Source: an uncultured Actinomycetota bacterium (GTDB taxonomy: Bacteria > Actinomycetota > UBA4738). From it: 64,000 bases of DNA. The translations under genes were made by a program, and so were the position numbers. Every line of letters starts with the position of its first letter. Within the stretch, counting starts at the first letter, position 1. A model generated the notes under the pieces. It made no database searches. It saw only the letters and a list, made by a program, of their open reading frames with translations, and was not told the origin of the DNA. Below, piece after piece: positions 48,066-57,154 of the stretch. Where the stretch lies: contig CAWAGG010000006.1 of the NCBI GenBank assembly GCA_963781595.1, positions 666,107 to 730,106 of the forward strand, written 5' to 3'.

Positions 48066-49169
48066 TCACAGCATGTATGCGATGTACACGTAGTCGGCGT
48101 CGGCGTAGATCGTGACCGGCCGACCGTTCGCCTTCGCCTGCCCGAACATGGTGAGCATGTTCGTGACGCCGTCCGAGGCGCCTGGGTGGATGCGACGCCA
48201 GCCGAGGTTCTGGAAGTACGCCCATGCGTTCTGCGCATCGCGGGTCGCGTAGGTCTGGACCACGGAGACGTTGCTCTGCCATGCGCTCGGAAGCGTGACG
48301 CCCGCGACGGAGTACATCATCCAGGATGAGTCGATCAGCAGGTCCGGCTGTCCGTACCGGATCCGGACGAACCCGCCGTCCCCCCAACCCGCGCCCCAGC
48401 TGTTCTTCAAGATCCAGCATTGCTGTGCGTCGTCGTAGCCGACGCAGCTGATGCAATGGTAGCCGGCCAAAGGTGATCCCGCGGTCTTCACGTAGACGCC
48501 ACTGTGATACGCGAAGAAGTCGTTGAAGACGGCCATTCCCGCGAGGACCGGACCGATGGATGCGATCGCGTTCTTCCGGGCATCCATGGTGGCGTAGCCC
48601 GTGTAGCTCGAGATCTTCGTCAAACGGTTCGCCCAATCGGCACACCGACTGGTGGCGCAGTTCATGTCCGGGGGCGCCGCGTACGGCATGCACGCCTCGT
48701 CCGTGACCCCGGTGCTCTTCGCGAAGTCGAGTCCCGAGGTCAGGCCCCATCCGTCACAGCTTCCGCCCCCGCAGAACTGCAGGAAGCCCTCCGAGAGATC
48801 GATGCTGTACGAGGGATTCCCGAGCTTGATGCGGACGGCGGACTCGATCGTGGAGCATGTGCAGAACGAAACGCACGACCCGCATTGGAGTTGGTTCTTC
48901 ACCGGGGTGACGTAGCTCTGACCCCCGACGTTCCGCCAGTCGACGGACGTTGGAGCCCCCACGGCGGCGGCTGCGACCGAACGTTCTTGCACTGCGGTCT
49001 GATGGAACTCGGCGACCATCCGTTGGTGTTCGTCGGGTGTCACGATCAGCCCGAGGACGCTCTTGCGATCCTCCGCGGGGAGCTTGGTCAGTTCGTTCTC
49101 GCTGGCCGTCCAGGGCAGCTGCTCGCTCTCGATCGCTGACGCGATCGCCCGGATCTCTTCCTTCGCCAT
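48066..49169 (-). CDS. Papain-family (C1A) cysteine protease with a short pro-region and a novel C-terminal domain, no signal peptide
   Basis: Contains PTSVDWRN..VTPVKNQLQCGSCVSF (catalytic Cys), GYHCISCVGYD (His) and ILKNSWGAGWGDGGFVRI (Asn). SD GGAGGTGG precedes the ATG. Confidence 0.85.
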   Translation of the reverse strand: MAKEEIRAIASAIESEQLPWTASENELTKLPAEDRKSVLGLIVTPDEHQRMVAEFHQTAVQERSVAAAAVGAPTSVDWRNVGGQSYVTPVKNQLQCGSCVSFCTCSTIESAVRIKLGNPSYSIDLSEGFLQFCGGGSCDGWGLTSGLDFAKSTGVTDEACMPYAAPPDMNCATSRCADWANRLTKISSYTGYATMDARKNAIASIGPVLAGMAVFNDFFAYHSGVYVKTAGSPLAGYHCISCVGYDDAQQCWILKNSWGAGWGDGGFVRIRYGQPDLLIDSSWMMYSVAGVTLPSAWQSNVSVVQTYATRDAQNAWAYFQNLGWRRIHPGASDGVTNMLTMFGQAKANGRPVTIYADADYVYIAYML

Positions 49170-49334
49170 TGGCCACCTCCAATGCGCTCACGTGCCCGCG
49201 CATCTCTGGATACGGCCGAGGCCCGAGGCCTCGTCGTCGCCTTCCCCCTTCCTCCTCGATCGTCGCACTCCGCCGATGCCATGCGCACCTGAGCGCAGTT
49301 TGGCGCCTGGTCGTCACGCTGGTGTCATGCGAGC

Positions 49335-49370
49335 ATCACCCGAGCGTCACGCGATCATCACCCGAGCGTC
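49335..49370. repeat. Direct repeat ATCACCCGAGCGTC x2 with a 22-bp period, upstream of the protease cassette
   Basis: Copies at 49335-49348 and 49357-49370, read directly from the sequence. Confidence 0.8.
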
Positions 49371-49536
49371 GTTCGAGCCCGCTTGAACAGGCATTCGGGT
49401 CGCTGGTCACGGCCGATCAGACCGCGTCCAATCGCTCTTCCGAGGTGAACCGGCGCTCGCCCGGCTACGCGACGTCGGATCTCGCGTCGACGGCGATGAC
49501 GCGATCGGCGCTGGCGGCTCGCCGCCCGCCCTCACG

Positions 49537-49791
49537 ATGGTGCACGGCCCGGCTGCCGGTTTGACGGTGCTGGATCCCGTCGACGAACGGCTGGCCGGTC
49601 ACCAGCGCCTCGACGCGGTCCGTGCGCGGCTATCGGAGATGGCGGGTGAGACGGAGGCCGCGCTCGCGGCCTATCGCATCGCGGTTCGGCGGACCACGAA
49701 CGTTCCGGAACGGGACTACCTGACGGCGCGAGCCGCTCGACTCAGGGTCAGCGATCATGCGCACACCCTCGCCGGGGACGACGCGAGCTGA
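49537..49791 (+). pseudogene. 3-prime remnant of an ECF-type sigma factor gene (C-terminal TPR-like tail only)
   Basis: MVHGPAAGLTVLDPVDERLAGHQRLDAVRARLSEMAGETEAALAAYRIAVRRTTNVPERDYLTARAARL matches the conserved tail of a large actinobacterial sigma-24 family. No sigma region 2/4 lies upstream. Confidence 0.45.
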
Positions 49792-49956
49792 TCCTGGGCC
49801 TCGAGCCATGCCGGCCATGTCGTGCGCCGCATCCCGACCATGAGCCCCCCGCCCGCCCGTTCTCCTCGATCGCCGGAGGTAGTCGGTGCTCCTCGCTCGA
49901 CGGATGGCCCCACGTTTGGCATTGACATGGCACACGAATGATGCCATCATGACGCC

Positions 49957-50499
49957 ATGGAGCTCGAACCGTACGTCGAGAGCATCACGCACCAGCTCGA
50001 GACCGCCGCCGAGGCTGGTGGGGACGAGGCTCGGGCCTTGGCCGACCGCCTGGTCGCGCCGCTCGACGCCGCGATCCGGCTGGCCGTCCAGGATGCGTTG
50101 GCCAGGGCGGCGGAAGAGATCACCCTCGAATTGACGCCTGGCTCCGTCGAGCTGCGGCTGCGCGGGCGCGAGCTCGAGTTCGTGGTCAGCCTCCCCCCGG
50201 CCGACCCATCCGCCGAGGGTGTCGCCGCCGAGGACGTCCTGGCGAGAGGGTGGCTGACCCGGGCGTCGGGGCAAGGCGACGGGGCCGGCGTCGACGACGC
50301 CACGGTGGCACGGATCAACCTGAGGCTGCCGCAGCGCATGAAGGCCCGTGTCGAGCAGGCGGCCGGGAGCGAAGGGCTCTCCGTCAACGCCTGGCTGGTG
50401 CGAGCGGCCGCCGCGGCGTTGGAACGGGGGGAACCGGTGGGTCGACGCGAACGACGAACCGCGCACGGCGCGCAGCGCTACACGGGCTGGGCGCGCTAG
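49957..50499 (+). CDS. Ribbon-helix-helix (Arc/CopG/HicB-like) domain protein
   Basis: C-terminal RINLRLPQRMKARVEQAAGSEGLSVNAWLVRAAAAAL. This family commonly precedes DUF4097 genes. Confidence 0.65.
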   Translation: MELEPYVESITHQLETAAEAGGDEARALADRLVAPLDAAIRLAVQDALARAAEEITLELTPGSVELRLRGRELEFVVSLPPADPSAEGVAAEDVLARGWLTRASGQGDGAGVDDATVARINLRLPQRMKARVEQAAGSEGLSVNAWLVRAAAAALERGEPVGRRERRTAHGAQRYTGWAR

Positions 50500-50568
50500 C
50501 AAATGGGAGGTGTCTCGCGAATGACCCTCGAGCAGGAGCCCGACGGCAGGTACCGAGGAGGAAGACCG

Positions 50569-51453
50569 ATGCCCACCTTCGATACACCCGAACCGATCTC
50601 ACTCACCCTGGACGTCGGGGTCGGCGACGTCCGGATCGATGCGACCGATCGCGACGACACGACCGTCGATGTGCAGCCGAGCAACCCTGCGAAGAGGGCC
50701 GACGTGACCGCCGCCGCGGAGACCCGCGTCGAGTACTCGAACGGCACCCTGCTGGTCAAGGCGCGGAAGGGATGGCGCCAGTGGACGCCGTGGGGCGGCA
50801 ACGAGTCGATCGACGTCCGGATCGAGCTGCCGACGGGCTCGACGGTGCAGGGCGCGTCGGGGGTCGCGGCCCTGCGATGCACCGGACGGCTCGGCGCCTG
50901 CCGGTACCGGACGGGCGTCGGGGACATCGCGCTCGAGCGGACCGGCCCGGTGGAGCTGAGGACCGGCTTCGGCGACGTGTCCGCGGACGTCATCGGAGGC
51001 ACGGCAGAGATCCGGACCGCCGGGAACATCAGGGTCGGCAGGATCGATGGGCCGGCCGCGATCAAGAACTCGAACGGCGACACGTGGATCGGCGAGATCG
51101 CGGGCGAGGCTCGCGTCAACGCGGCCAACGGCGCGATCTCCATCGACCTCGCGCGCGCGGGTCTCGAGGCCAAGACCGCCAACGGCAACGTCCGTCTCGA
51201 CGCGGTCGCGGGCGGTGCCGTCGTCGCTCAGAGCGCGCTCGGGTCCCTGGAGATCGGTGTGCCGGACGGGGTTCCCGCCTGGCTGGACCTGGAGACGCGG
51301 TTCGGCAACGTCCGGAACGACCTGAACGACCTGAACGACGCCGAGCGTCCCGCGCCCGGGGAACGCGCCGTCGAGGTCCGCGCCCACACCTCGATGGGAG
51401 ACATCACGGTCCACCGCTCGTTCGCGAGCAGCACGAGGGAGGAGGAGCGATGA
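50569..51453 (+). CDS. DUF4097 (beta-helical adhesin-like repeat) protein
   Basis: SD GGAGGAAG upstream. Product begins MPTFDTPEPISLTLDVGVGDVRI. Repeated G.G.I.. strands, and a tail SMGDITVHR. Confidence 0.75.
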   Translation: MPTFDTPEPISLTLDVGVGDVRIDATDRDDTTVDVQPSNPAKRADVTAAAETRVEYSNGTLLVKARKGWRQWTPWGGNESIDVRIELPTGSTVQGASGVAALRCTGRLGACRYRTGVGDIALERTGPVELRTGFGDVSADVIGGTAEIRTAGNIRVGRIDGPAAIKNSNGDTWIGEIAGEARVNAANGAISIDLARAGLEAKTANGNVRLDAVAGGAVVAQSALGSLEIGVPDGVPAWLDLETRFGNVRNDLNDLNDAERPAPGERAVEVRAHTSMGDITVHRSFASSTREEER

Positions 51454-52409
51454 CCACCACCGTCGCGCCCGCGGCGCTCGAGGTGACCGGCCTCCGCAAG
51501 TCGTTCGGCGACAAGGTAGCCCTGGACGGGATCGACCTGAACGTCCCCGAGGGCTCGATCTTCGCGCTGCTCGGGCCGAACGGCGCCGGCAAGACGACGG
51601 CCGTGCAGATCCTGTCCACGTTGATCCGTGCCGACGCCGGTGAGGTTCGCGTCGCTGGGAACGATCCGGTCCGCCACCCGGAGGCGGTGCGTGAGGTGAT
51701 CGGCGTCACCGGCCAGTTCTCCGCCGTGGACAACATCCTCACCGGCGAAGAGAACCTGACCCTCATGGCCGACCTGAACCACCTGGCACGGGACGAGGGC
51801 CGGCGACGCGTTGCCGACCTCCTCGAGCGACTGAACCTCGTGGAGGACAGCCGGAAGCCGGCCGCGACCTACTCGGGGGGGATGCGTCGCAGGCTCGACC
51901 TCGCGATGACCTTGCTGGGCGAGCCTCGGATCATCTTCCTCGACGAGCCGACGACCGGACTCGACCCGCGGAGCCGCCGCACCGTGTGGCGGATCGTCCG
52001 TGAGCTCGTGGAACGGGGGGTCACGATCTTCCTCACGACGCACTACCTGGAGGAGGCCGATCAGCTCGCCGACCGCGTGGCGCTCCTCGACCACGGGAGG
52101 CTGATCGCCGAGGGCAGTCCCGACGAACTCAAACAGCTCATCCCAGGAGGGCATGTCCGCCTGGAGTTCGCGGATGCGCAGGCGCTCGAAGCGGCGGCAA
52201 CGGCGCTCCCGCGGTCCAGCAGAGAGGACGACGCCCTCGCCCTCGAGATCCCGGGCGACGGGGGGGTCCGGTCGCTCCGAGCCCTGCTCGACCGGCTCGA
52301 TGCGGCGTCGATCCAGGTCGAACGCATCGCGATCCACACGCCGGATCTCGACGACGTCTTCCTGGCCCTCACGGGCCATCCCGAGGAGGAAGGAGGAACG
52401 CTCCGATGA
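51450..52409 (+). CDS. ABC transporter ATP-binding protein (DrrA-like)
   Basis: ATGA overlap with the upstream stop. Walker A GPNGAGKTT, signature YSGGMRRR, Walker B IIFLDEPTTGLD. Confidence 0.9.
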   Translation: MTTTVAPAALEVTGLRKSFGDKVALDGIDLNVPEGSIFALLGPNGAGKTTAVQILSTLIRADAGEVRVAGNDPVRHPEAVREVIGVTGQFSAVDNILTGEENLTLMADLNHLARDEGRRRVADLLERLNLVEDSRKPAATYSGGMRRRLDLAMTLLGEPRIIFLDEPTTGLDPRSRRTVWRIVRELVERGVTIFLTTHYLEEADQLADRVALLDHGRLIAEGSPDELKQLIPGGHVRLEFADAQALEAAATALPRSSREDDALALEIPGDGGVRSLRALLDRLDAASIQVERIAIHTPDLDDVFLALTGHPEEEGGTLR

Positions 52410-53227
52410 CGACGCGCTCGTACGCGGTGAGGGACTCGGTCACGATGCTGCGGCGGAACCTGAAGCACATGCAGCGGTACCCGTCGCTGTCGCTGCTGGT
52501 CGTCGGCCTCCCCGTGATCCTCCTGCTGCTGTTCGTCTACGTCTTCGGCGGCACGATGGGCGCCGGGCTCGGCGTCGTGACGGGCGGCCGGGGTTCATAC
52601 GTGAACTACGTGACGCCCGCGATCATCCTGCTGGCGGTGGCCGGCGTGGCCCAGGGTACGGCCATCGCGGTGTCGATGGACATGGCCGACGGCATCATCG
52701 CCCGGTTCCGCACGATGGGGATCTCTCGCGGCGCGGTGCTCACCGGCCACGTCCTCGGCAGCACGATCCAGACGATGCTCGGCATGGCGATCGTCATCGG
52801 CGTCGCCCTCCTGATCGGGTTCCGGCCCGACGCCAGCCCGGTCGAGTGGATCGCGGCGATCGGCCTGCTCGCGATGATCACGTTGGCGGTCACGTGGCTC
52901 TCGGTCGCCCTCGGTCTCAAGGCCAAGAGCGTCGAGAGCGCGAGCAACATCGTCATGCCGCTGATGCTGCTGCTGTTCCTCGGTAGCGGCTTCGTCCCCG
53001 CGGCCTCGATGACGGCCGCGCTCCGCGGGTTCGCCGAGTATCAGCCTTTCACCCCCGTCATCGAAACGATCCGCGGGCTGCTCATGGGCACGGCGATCGG
53101 GCACGACGCGATCCTGGCGGTGGCCTGGTGCGCGGTGATCGGGTTCGGCGGGTACGTGTGGGCGATGCGCCTATACGACCGCGATCCAACGCGCCAGGTC
53201 CGGCTGCTCAGCGCCGGCCGCGCGTAG
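52406..53227 (+). CDS. ABC-2 type permease (DrrB-like)
   Basis: ATGA overlap with the upstream stop. Six hydrophobic helices. Confidence 0.85.
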   Translation: MTTRSYAVRDSVTMLRRNLKHMQRYPSLSLLVVGLPVILLLLFVYVFGGTMGAGLGVVTGGRGSYVNYVTPAIILLAVAGVAQGTAIAVSMDMADGIIARFRTMGISRGAVLTGHVLGSTIQTMLGMAIVIGVALLIGFRPDASPVEWIAAIGLLAMITLAVTWLSVALGLKAKSVESASNIVMPLMLLLFLGSGFVPAASMTAALRGFAEYQPFTPVIETIRGLLMGTAIGHDAILAVAWCAVIGFGGYVWAMRLYDRDPTRQVRLLSAGRA

Positions 53228-53290
53228 GCTCGGTTGGGTCGGCGGGGCAACCGTCGCCTTGACCGAGCACGTGTTCGGCCGCCGCATCCG

Positions 53291-53332
53291 TGCCCCCGGC
53301 AGGAATCGAACCTGCGACACACGGTTTAGGAA
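53291..53332 (-). other. tRNA-Arg(CCU)-like 3-prime half (anticodon loop to discriminator) without a 5-prime half: candidate att site or island boundary
   Basis: The minus strand reads TTCCTAA-ACCGT-GTGTC-GCAGG-TTCGATT-CCTGC-CGGGGGC-A. That is exact tRNA geometry (loop 7, stem 5, variable 5, T-arm 5-7-5, acceptor 7, discriminator). No GCCCCCG acceptor strand or D-arm lies upstream. Confidence 0.6.
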
Positions 53333-54315
53333 ACGCCGTGCCGGGAATTCTGTGCGTAGGAGATGGTCCCTGGGACCGGCACGCGGATTGCATATTCTCG
53401 TGTGCACGGTCACCTTTCCGTCCAGCGACGGTAGCGTGACGGTTGCTCGCTGTCCTCACAACCACGAGGCGCCCGGACCGCCGGACCGACACCGCGACCC
53501 GCGCGGAATCCCGAGGGTCGAACCTCCCACTGACCTGGTCGGATGCGCGGTCCGAGCGCGTCAGGAACCGGGGAGGGAAGTGGGTCGTAATGGAGCCGGA
53601 AGTGATCCGAAACGATGCAGGAACGCACGGTCAATGCGCCGAGTAGCGCTGAGGAACCGGTCGGAAAGCGCTGGCGAGCCATTGGGCCGAGACGCCGACA
53701 CCGGCGACTTCGGGCTGCCAGACGATGCACATTGCAGGCGGCCGACTCCGTCCAGCTGACGCGGACCTACCGTCGGACCAGACCGATGCTACGCCGAGGA
53801 GGCGAACGCGTTCCTGGGCGCTCGCCCCCCTGCGACGATCCCGACGTCAGCTGGCCAGAGCCGAATGGTCTGCCCGAGCTACCATCCGGCGAGCCGGACC
53901 AGGGCCGATCGCATGCCTTCCCCCTGGAGGTGTACTGAAGTCTGCGTCGTCGCGTGGGAAGCCGAACGTCGGCGCGGCCTGCGACCGCGGGATCCCAGGG
54001 TGGGTCGGCGAGCGCGCGGCCGCACATGTCGGCGAAGGACGCCGTCAGGGAGGCCGAGCGGCTGGACCTGGGCGTTCACCTCTGGGAAGAGCGCCATCGC
54101 GCGATCGACGAGCCGTTGCGTCGCCTGACCGCGGCTAGCCGTCGTCGTCTCGGGCCCGGGTCATCCGGCGGTCGACGGTTCGACGAAGTGAGTAGCGACC
54201 GAGGCGCCAAGTAAACACAAACGGACAGGCTGCCGATACATCCGATTGGGGAAGCCGCGCTTCACGTTCGCGCCGGAGGGTTGATCGACCGCGCCCAAGG
54301 GACGCAGGAAGGAAC

Positions 54316-54969
54316 ATGATGGCAAAGCGCCCCGACCAGTACCCACACCCATGGAGCGTTCCGAGCGATGAGGACGCGAGCCCGAAGCCTCCAGCTCGCA
54401 GTGCGCTCGGGAGCGCGAAGAAGGCGAGCCGCGCAGGCACGAGCGGCGCTGCGCGCCGGCGCAGCACGCCGAAAGCCGCTGACGCCCCGCCTCCGCCCGC
54501 GATCCCTCTCCGTGCGCGCAGGGGCCGCCCGCCCGGTTCGGTCTCCCTGACGAAGGAGACCGCCGACACGATCGTCGTTTACGTCGGTGCCGGCGCCGCC
54601 CTTTCCGCGGCGGCGGAGGCGGCCGGTATCTCCGAGCGGACGCTCTACGACTGGCTCGCGCGGGGGGAAGGGCGACACCCGAGCCGCAAGGCCACGCCCA
54701 AGCTCAAGCGGTTCGCCCGTGACGTCCGCAGGGCGAACGCCCGCGCCCGGGTCGTCGCCGAGACCGAGGTCTTTAGGACCGATCCCAAATGGTGGCTTAC
54801 CCGCAGGGACCGCTTCGAGCCCGGCCGGTCCGGCTGGGGCGACCCTCTCAGGGACCCGACGCAGCCGCCGGTGAGCGACGAGCAGATGAAGGACGCGAAG
54901 GAGCGCCTCCTGGCCAAGCTCGAGGAGACCGCCGAGCGCGCACGCGCGACCGACCCGGAAGCCTCCTGA
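54316..54969 (+). CDS. Phage-type HTH protein resembling a terminase small subunit
   Basis: SD GGAAGGAA upstream. Contains GRPPGSVSLTKETADTIVVYVGAGAALSAAAEAAGISERTLYDWLARG followed by KRFARDVRRANARARV. Confidence 0.55.
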   Translation: MMAKRPDQYPHPWSVPSDEDASPKPPARSALGSAKKASRAGTSGAARRRSTPKAADAPPPPAIPLRARRGRPPGSVSLTKETADTIVVYVGAGAALSAAAEAAGISERTLYDWLARGEGRHPSRKATPKLKRFARDVRRANARARVVAETEVFRTDPKWWLTRRDRFEPGRSGWGDPLRDPTQPPVSDEQMKDAKERLLAKLEETAERARATDPEAS

Positions 54970-55057
54970 GCGCCGAGGAGACCGCACCTCCAGTAGGAGC
55001 CGATGCCGGCTGCGGCCGGGTTGGGCTCGTCGTACACACGGAAGGGAGAACACTCCG

Positions 55058-56232
55058 ATGAGGGACGCGAACGCGACGAAGAAGCGGTCCGCGACGGGCG
55101 CAAGGCGAGGCGCCCGACCCGGACGGCGGATGGTGCGGGACCGCGTGGTGGAGCTCATCCGCGTCCGGGCGGGTGAGCTGACCCCGAACCCTGCGAACTG
55201 GCGCCGGCACCCGGAGCGCCAGCGCTCCGCCCTGCGCGGGCTGCTGCGGGAGATCGGGTACGCGGACGCACTCCTGGCGCGACGCGACGGCGGCTCCCTC
55301 GTGCTCATCGACGGACACCTCAGGCAGAGCCTGAACCCCGACCAGGTGGTGCCGGTCCTGGTCTTGGACGTCACGGCCGAGGAGGCCGACACCCTGCTGG
55401 TGACCCTGGATCCTCTCGCGGCCCTGGCCGTCCCCGATCCTCCGGCCCTGGCGGCCCTGCTGGAGCGGGTCCACGCCTCCAACCAGGCGGTGGCCGAGCT
55501 CCTGGCCGGCTTGGTCCGCCAAGCCGGGCTCCCGAGGGTCCGGCCGCTCGCCGACCCCAGGAGATCCCGGCCGTTCCCTCGACCCCCCGGACCCAGCGCG
55601 GCGACCTGTGGGAGCTTGGGGAGCACCGTCTCCTGTGCGGTGACGCGACGAGTGAAGCGGACCTCGCCCGTCTGATGGCCGGGGAGCGGGCCGAGGTCCT
55701 GTGGACCGACCCCCCGTACGGGGTGCGCTACGTCGGCAAGACCAGCCGGCGCCTGCGGATCGCGGGCGATACTGAGCCCGGGCTCGAGGCCCTGCTCGAG
55801 GCGTCCCTGCGGGTGGCCGGCGCCCATCTGGCCCCGGGGGCCCGGATCTACCTGTGTCACCCGGCCGGGTCTCTGCAGGTGGTGTTCCTCCAGGCCTTCA
55901 TCGCCCAGGGATGGCGCCTGCACCAGACCCTGGTCTGGGTCAAGGACTCCATGGTTTTGGGCCACGCGGACTACCACTTCCGACACGAGCCGATCACCTA
56001 CGGGTACGCCCAGGGGCCGGGACGGTGGGGACGGGGGGCGAAGGGATGGTACGGGCCGAGCTCCCAGGACTCGGTGATCGAGGTGGCCCGGCCCAGAGCG
56101 TCGCGGGAGCATCCAACCGCCAAGCCCGTGGAGCTCGTCCGGCGATGCCTCGCCAACAGCTCAACCGACGGCGACGGGGTCCTCGATCCGTTCGCAGGCT
56201 CGGGCTCGACCCTCCTGGCTTGCGAGATGTGA
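55058..56232 (+). CDS. ParB-like nuclease domain fused to an N4/N6 DNA methyltransferase; frame broken once as sequenced, and the 3-prime end abuts the IS
   Basis: ParB part: ELTPNPANWRRHPERQRSALRGLLREIGY..LIDGHLR. After a C4 run at 55555-55558, the next frame reads QEIPAVPSTPRTQRGDLWELGEHRLLCGDAT...TDPPYGV...TAKPVEL..DPFAGSGST. The stop TGA (56230-56232) is the first 3 nt of the IS inverted repeat. Length mod 3 = 2. Confidence 0.7.
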
Positions 56233-56269
56233 ATCACCCTGGGTTTGATGGAGGCTCGGGACGTTGGGT

Positions 56270-57154
56270 TTACGCCACCTCCTCCCTCTCGGCGAGCGCC
56301 CGATAGTAGGCCGCTTCGAACTCCACCGGTGGGACGCCGCCACATGCGCCGTGTAGCCGTCGCTCATTCCACCACCCCACCCACTCGGCGGTGGCGAGCT
56401 CGACCTGATCGACCGTGCGCCAAGGGCCCCGGGGACGGATGAGCTCGGCCTTGTACAGCCCGTTCACGGTCTCGGCCAGAGCATTGTCGAAGCTGTCCCC
56501 CTTGGATCCGACGGAGGCCACGGCGCCGCACTCGGCCAGGCGCTCGGTGTAGCGGATGGACAGGTACTGCACGCCGCGATCGGAGTGATGCACGAGGCCC
56601 TCCAGAGCGCTCTTGCGGCTCCAGATGGCCATCTCCAGGGCGTCCAGGGCGAGATCGGCCCGCAGCGAGGAGGAGACCCTCCAGCCCACGATCATGCGGG
56701 AGAACGCGTCGGTGATGAACGACGTGTAGCAGAAGCCCGACCAGGTCGAGACGTAGGTCAGATCCGAGACCCAGAGCAGGTTCGGAGCCGGAGCGGCGAA
56801 GATGCGCTCGACCAGGTCCGCCGGACGGGCGGCCTGGGCGTCCGCGACGGTGGTGCGCCTGCGCTTGCCCCTCCTGACCCCTTCCAGGCCCAGGACGCCC
56901 ATGAGACGGGCGACCCGGTCCCGGCCGACGTCGACGCCCTCCCGGTTCAGCTGCCGCCAGAGCTTCTCCGCTCCATAGACCGAGAAGTTCTCGCGGTGGA
57001 CCCGGGTGATCTCAGGCTTCAGCTCGGCGTCGCGGAGCGACCGGGCCGACGGAGGGCGGCTCCGGTGCGCGTAGTAGGTGGATGGGGCGAACTGCAGCAC
57101 CCTGCAGATCGGCTCGACCCCCCATCGGTGACGGTGCTCCTCGATGAAGGCCAC
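56270..57154 (-). CDS. IS3 transposase orfB (DDE rve integrase core)
   Basis: In the -1 frame relative to orfA and open upstream of the orfA stop. Contains LWVSDLTYV (D), HHSDRGVQYLS (D) and NALAETVNGLYKAE (E). Confidence 0.85.
   Translation of the reverse strand: MAFIEEHRHRWGVEPICRVLQFAPSTYYAHRSRPPSARSLRDAELKPEITRVHRENFSVYGAEKLWRQLNREGVDVGRDRVARLMGVLGLEGVRRGKRRRTTVADAQAARPADLVERIFAAPAPNLLWVSDLTYVSTWSGFCYTSFITDAFSRMIVGWRVSSSLRADLALDALEMAIWSRKSALEGLVHHSDRGVQYLSIRYTERLAECGAVASVGSKGDSFDNALAETVNGLYKAELIRPRGPWRTVDQVELATAEWVGWWNERRLHGACGGVPPVEFEAAYYRALAEREEVA

Noticed and set aside
53333-53375. Attempt to complete the tRNA-Arg fragment into a full tRNA
   Set aside because: The upstream sequence (…cctacgcacagaattcccggcacggcgt) provides no GCCCCCG acceptor strand, no D-arm, and would need an 11-nt anticodon loop. 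It was therefore treated as a 3-prime half only.
53500-53540. Second tRNA-like T-arm (gggaggttcgaccctcggg on the minus strand)
   Set aside because: Only a 4-bp stem can be drawn. There is no acceptor or anticodon geometry around it.
54026-54214. 62-codon ORF MSAKDAVREAERLDLGVHLWEERHRAIDEPL...
   Set aside because: Third-position G/C bias is decent, but there is no RBS and no recognisable fold. It is mentioned only as the best candidate in an otherwise empty kilobase.
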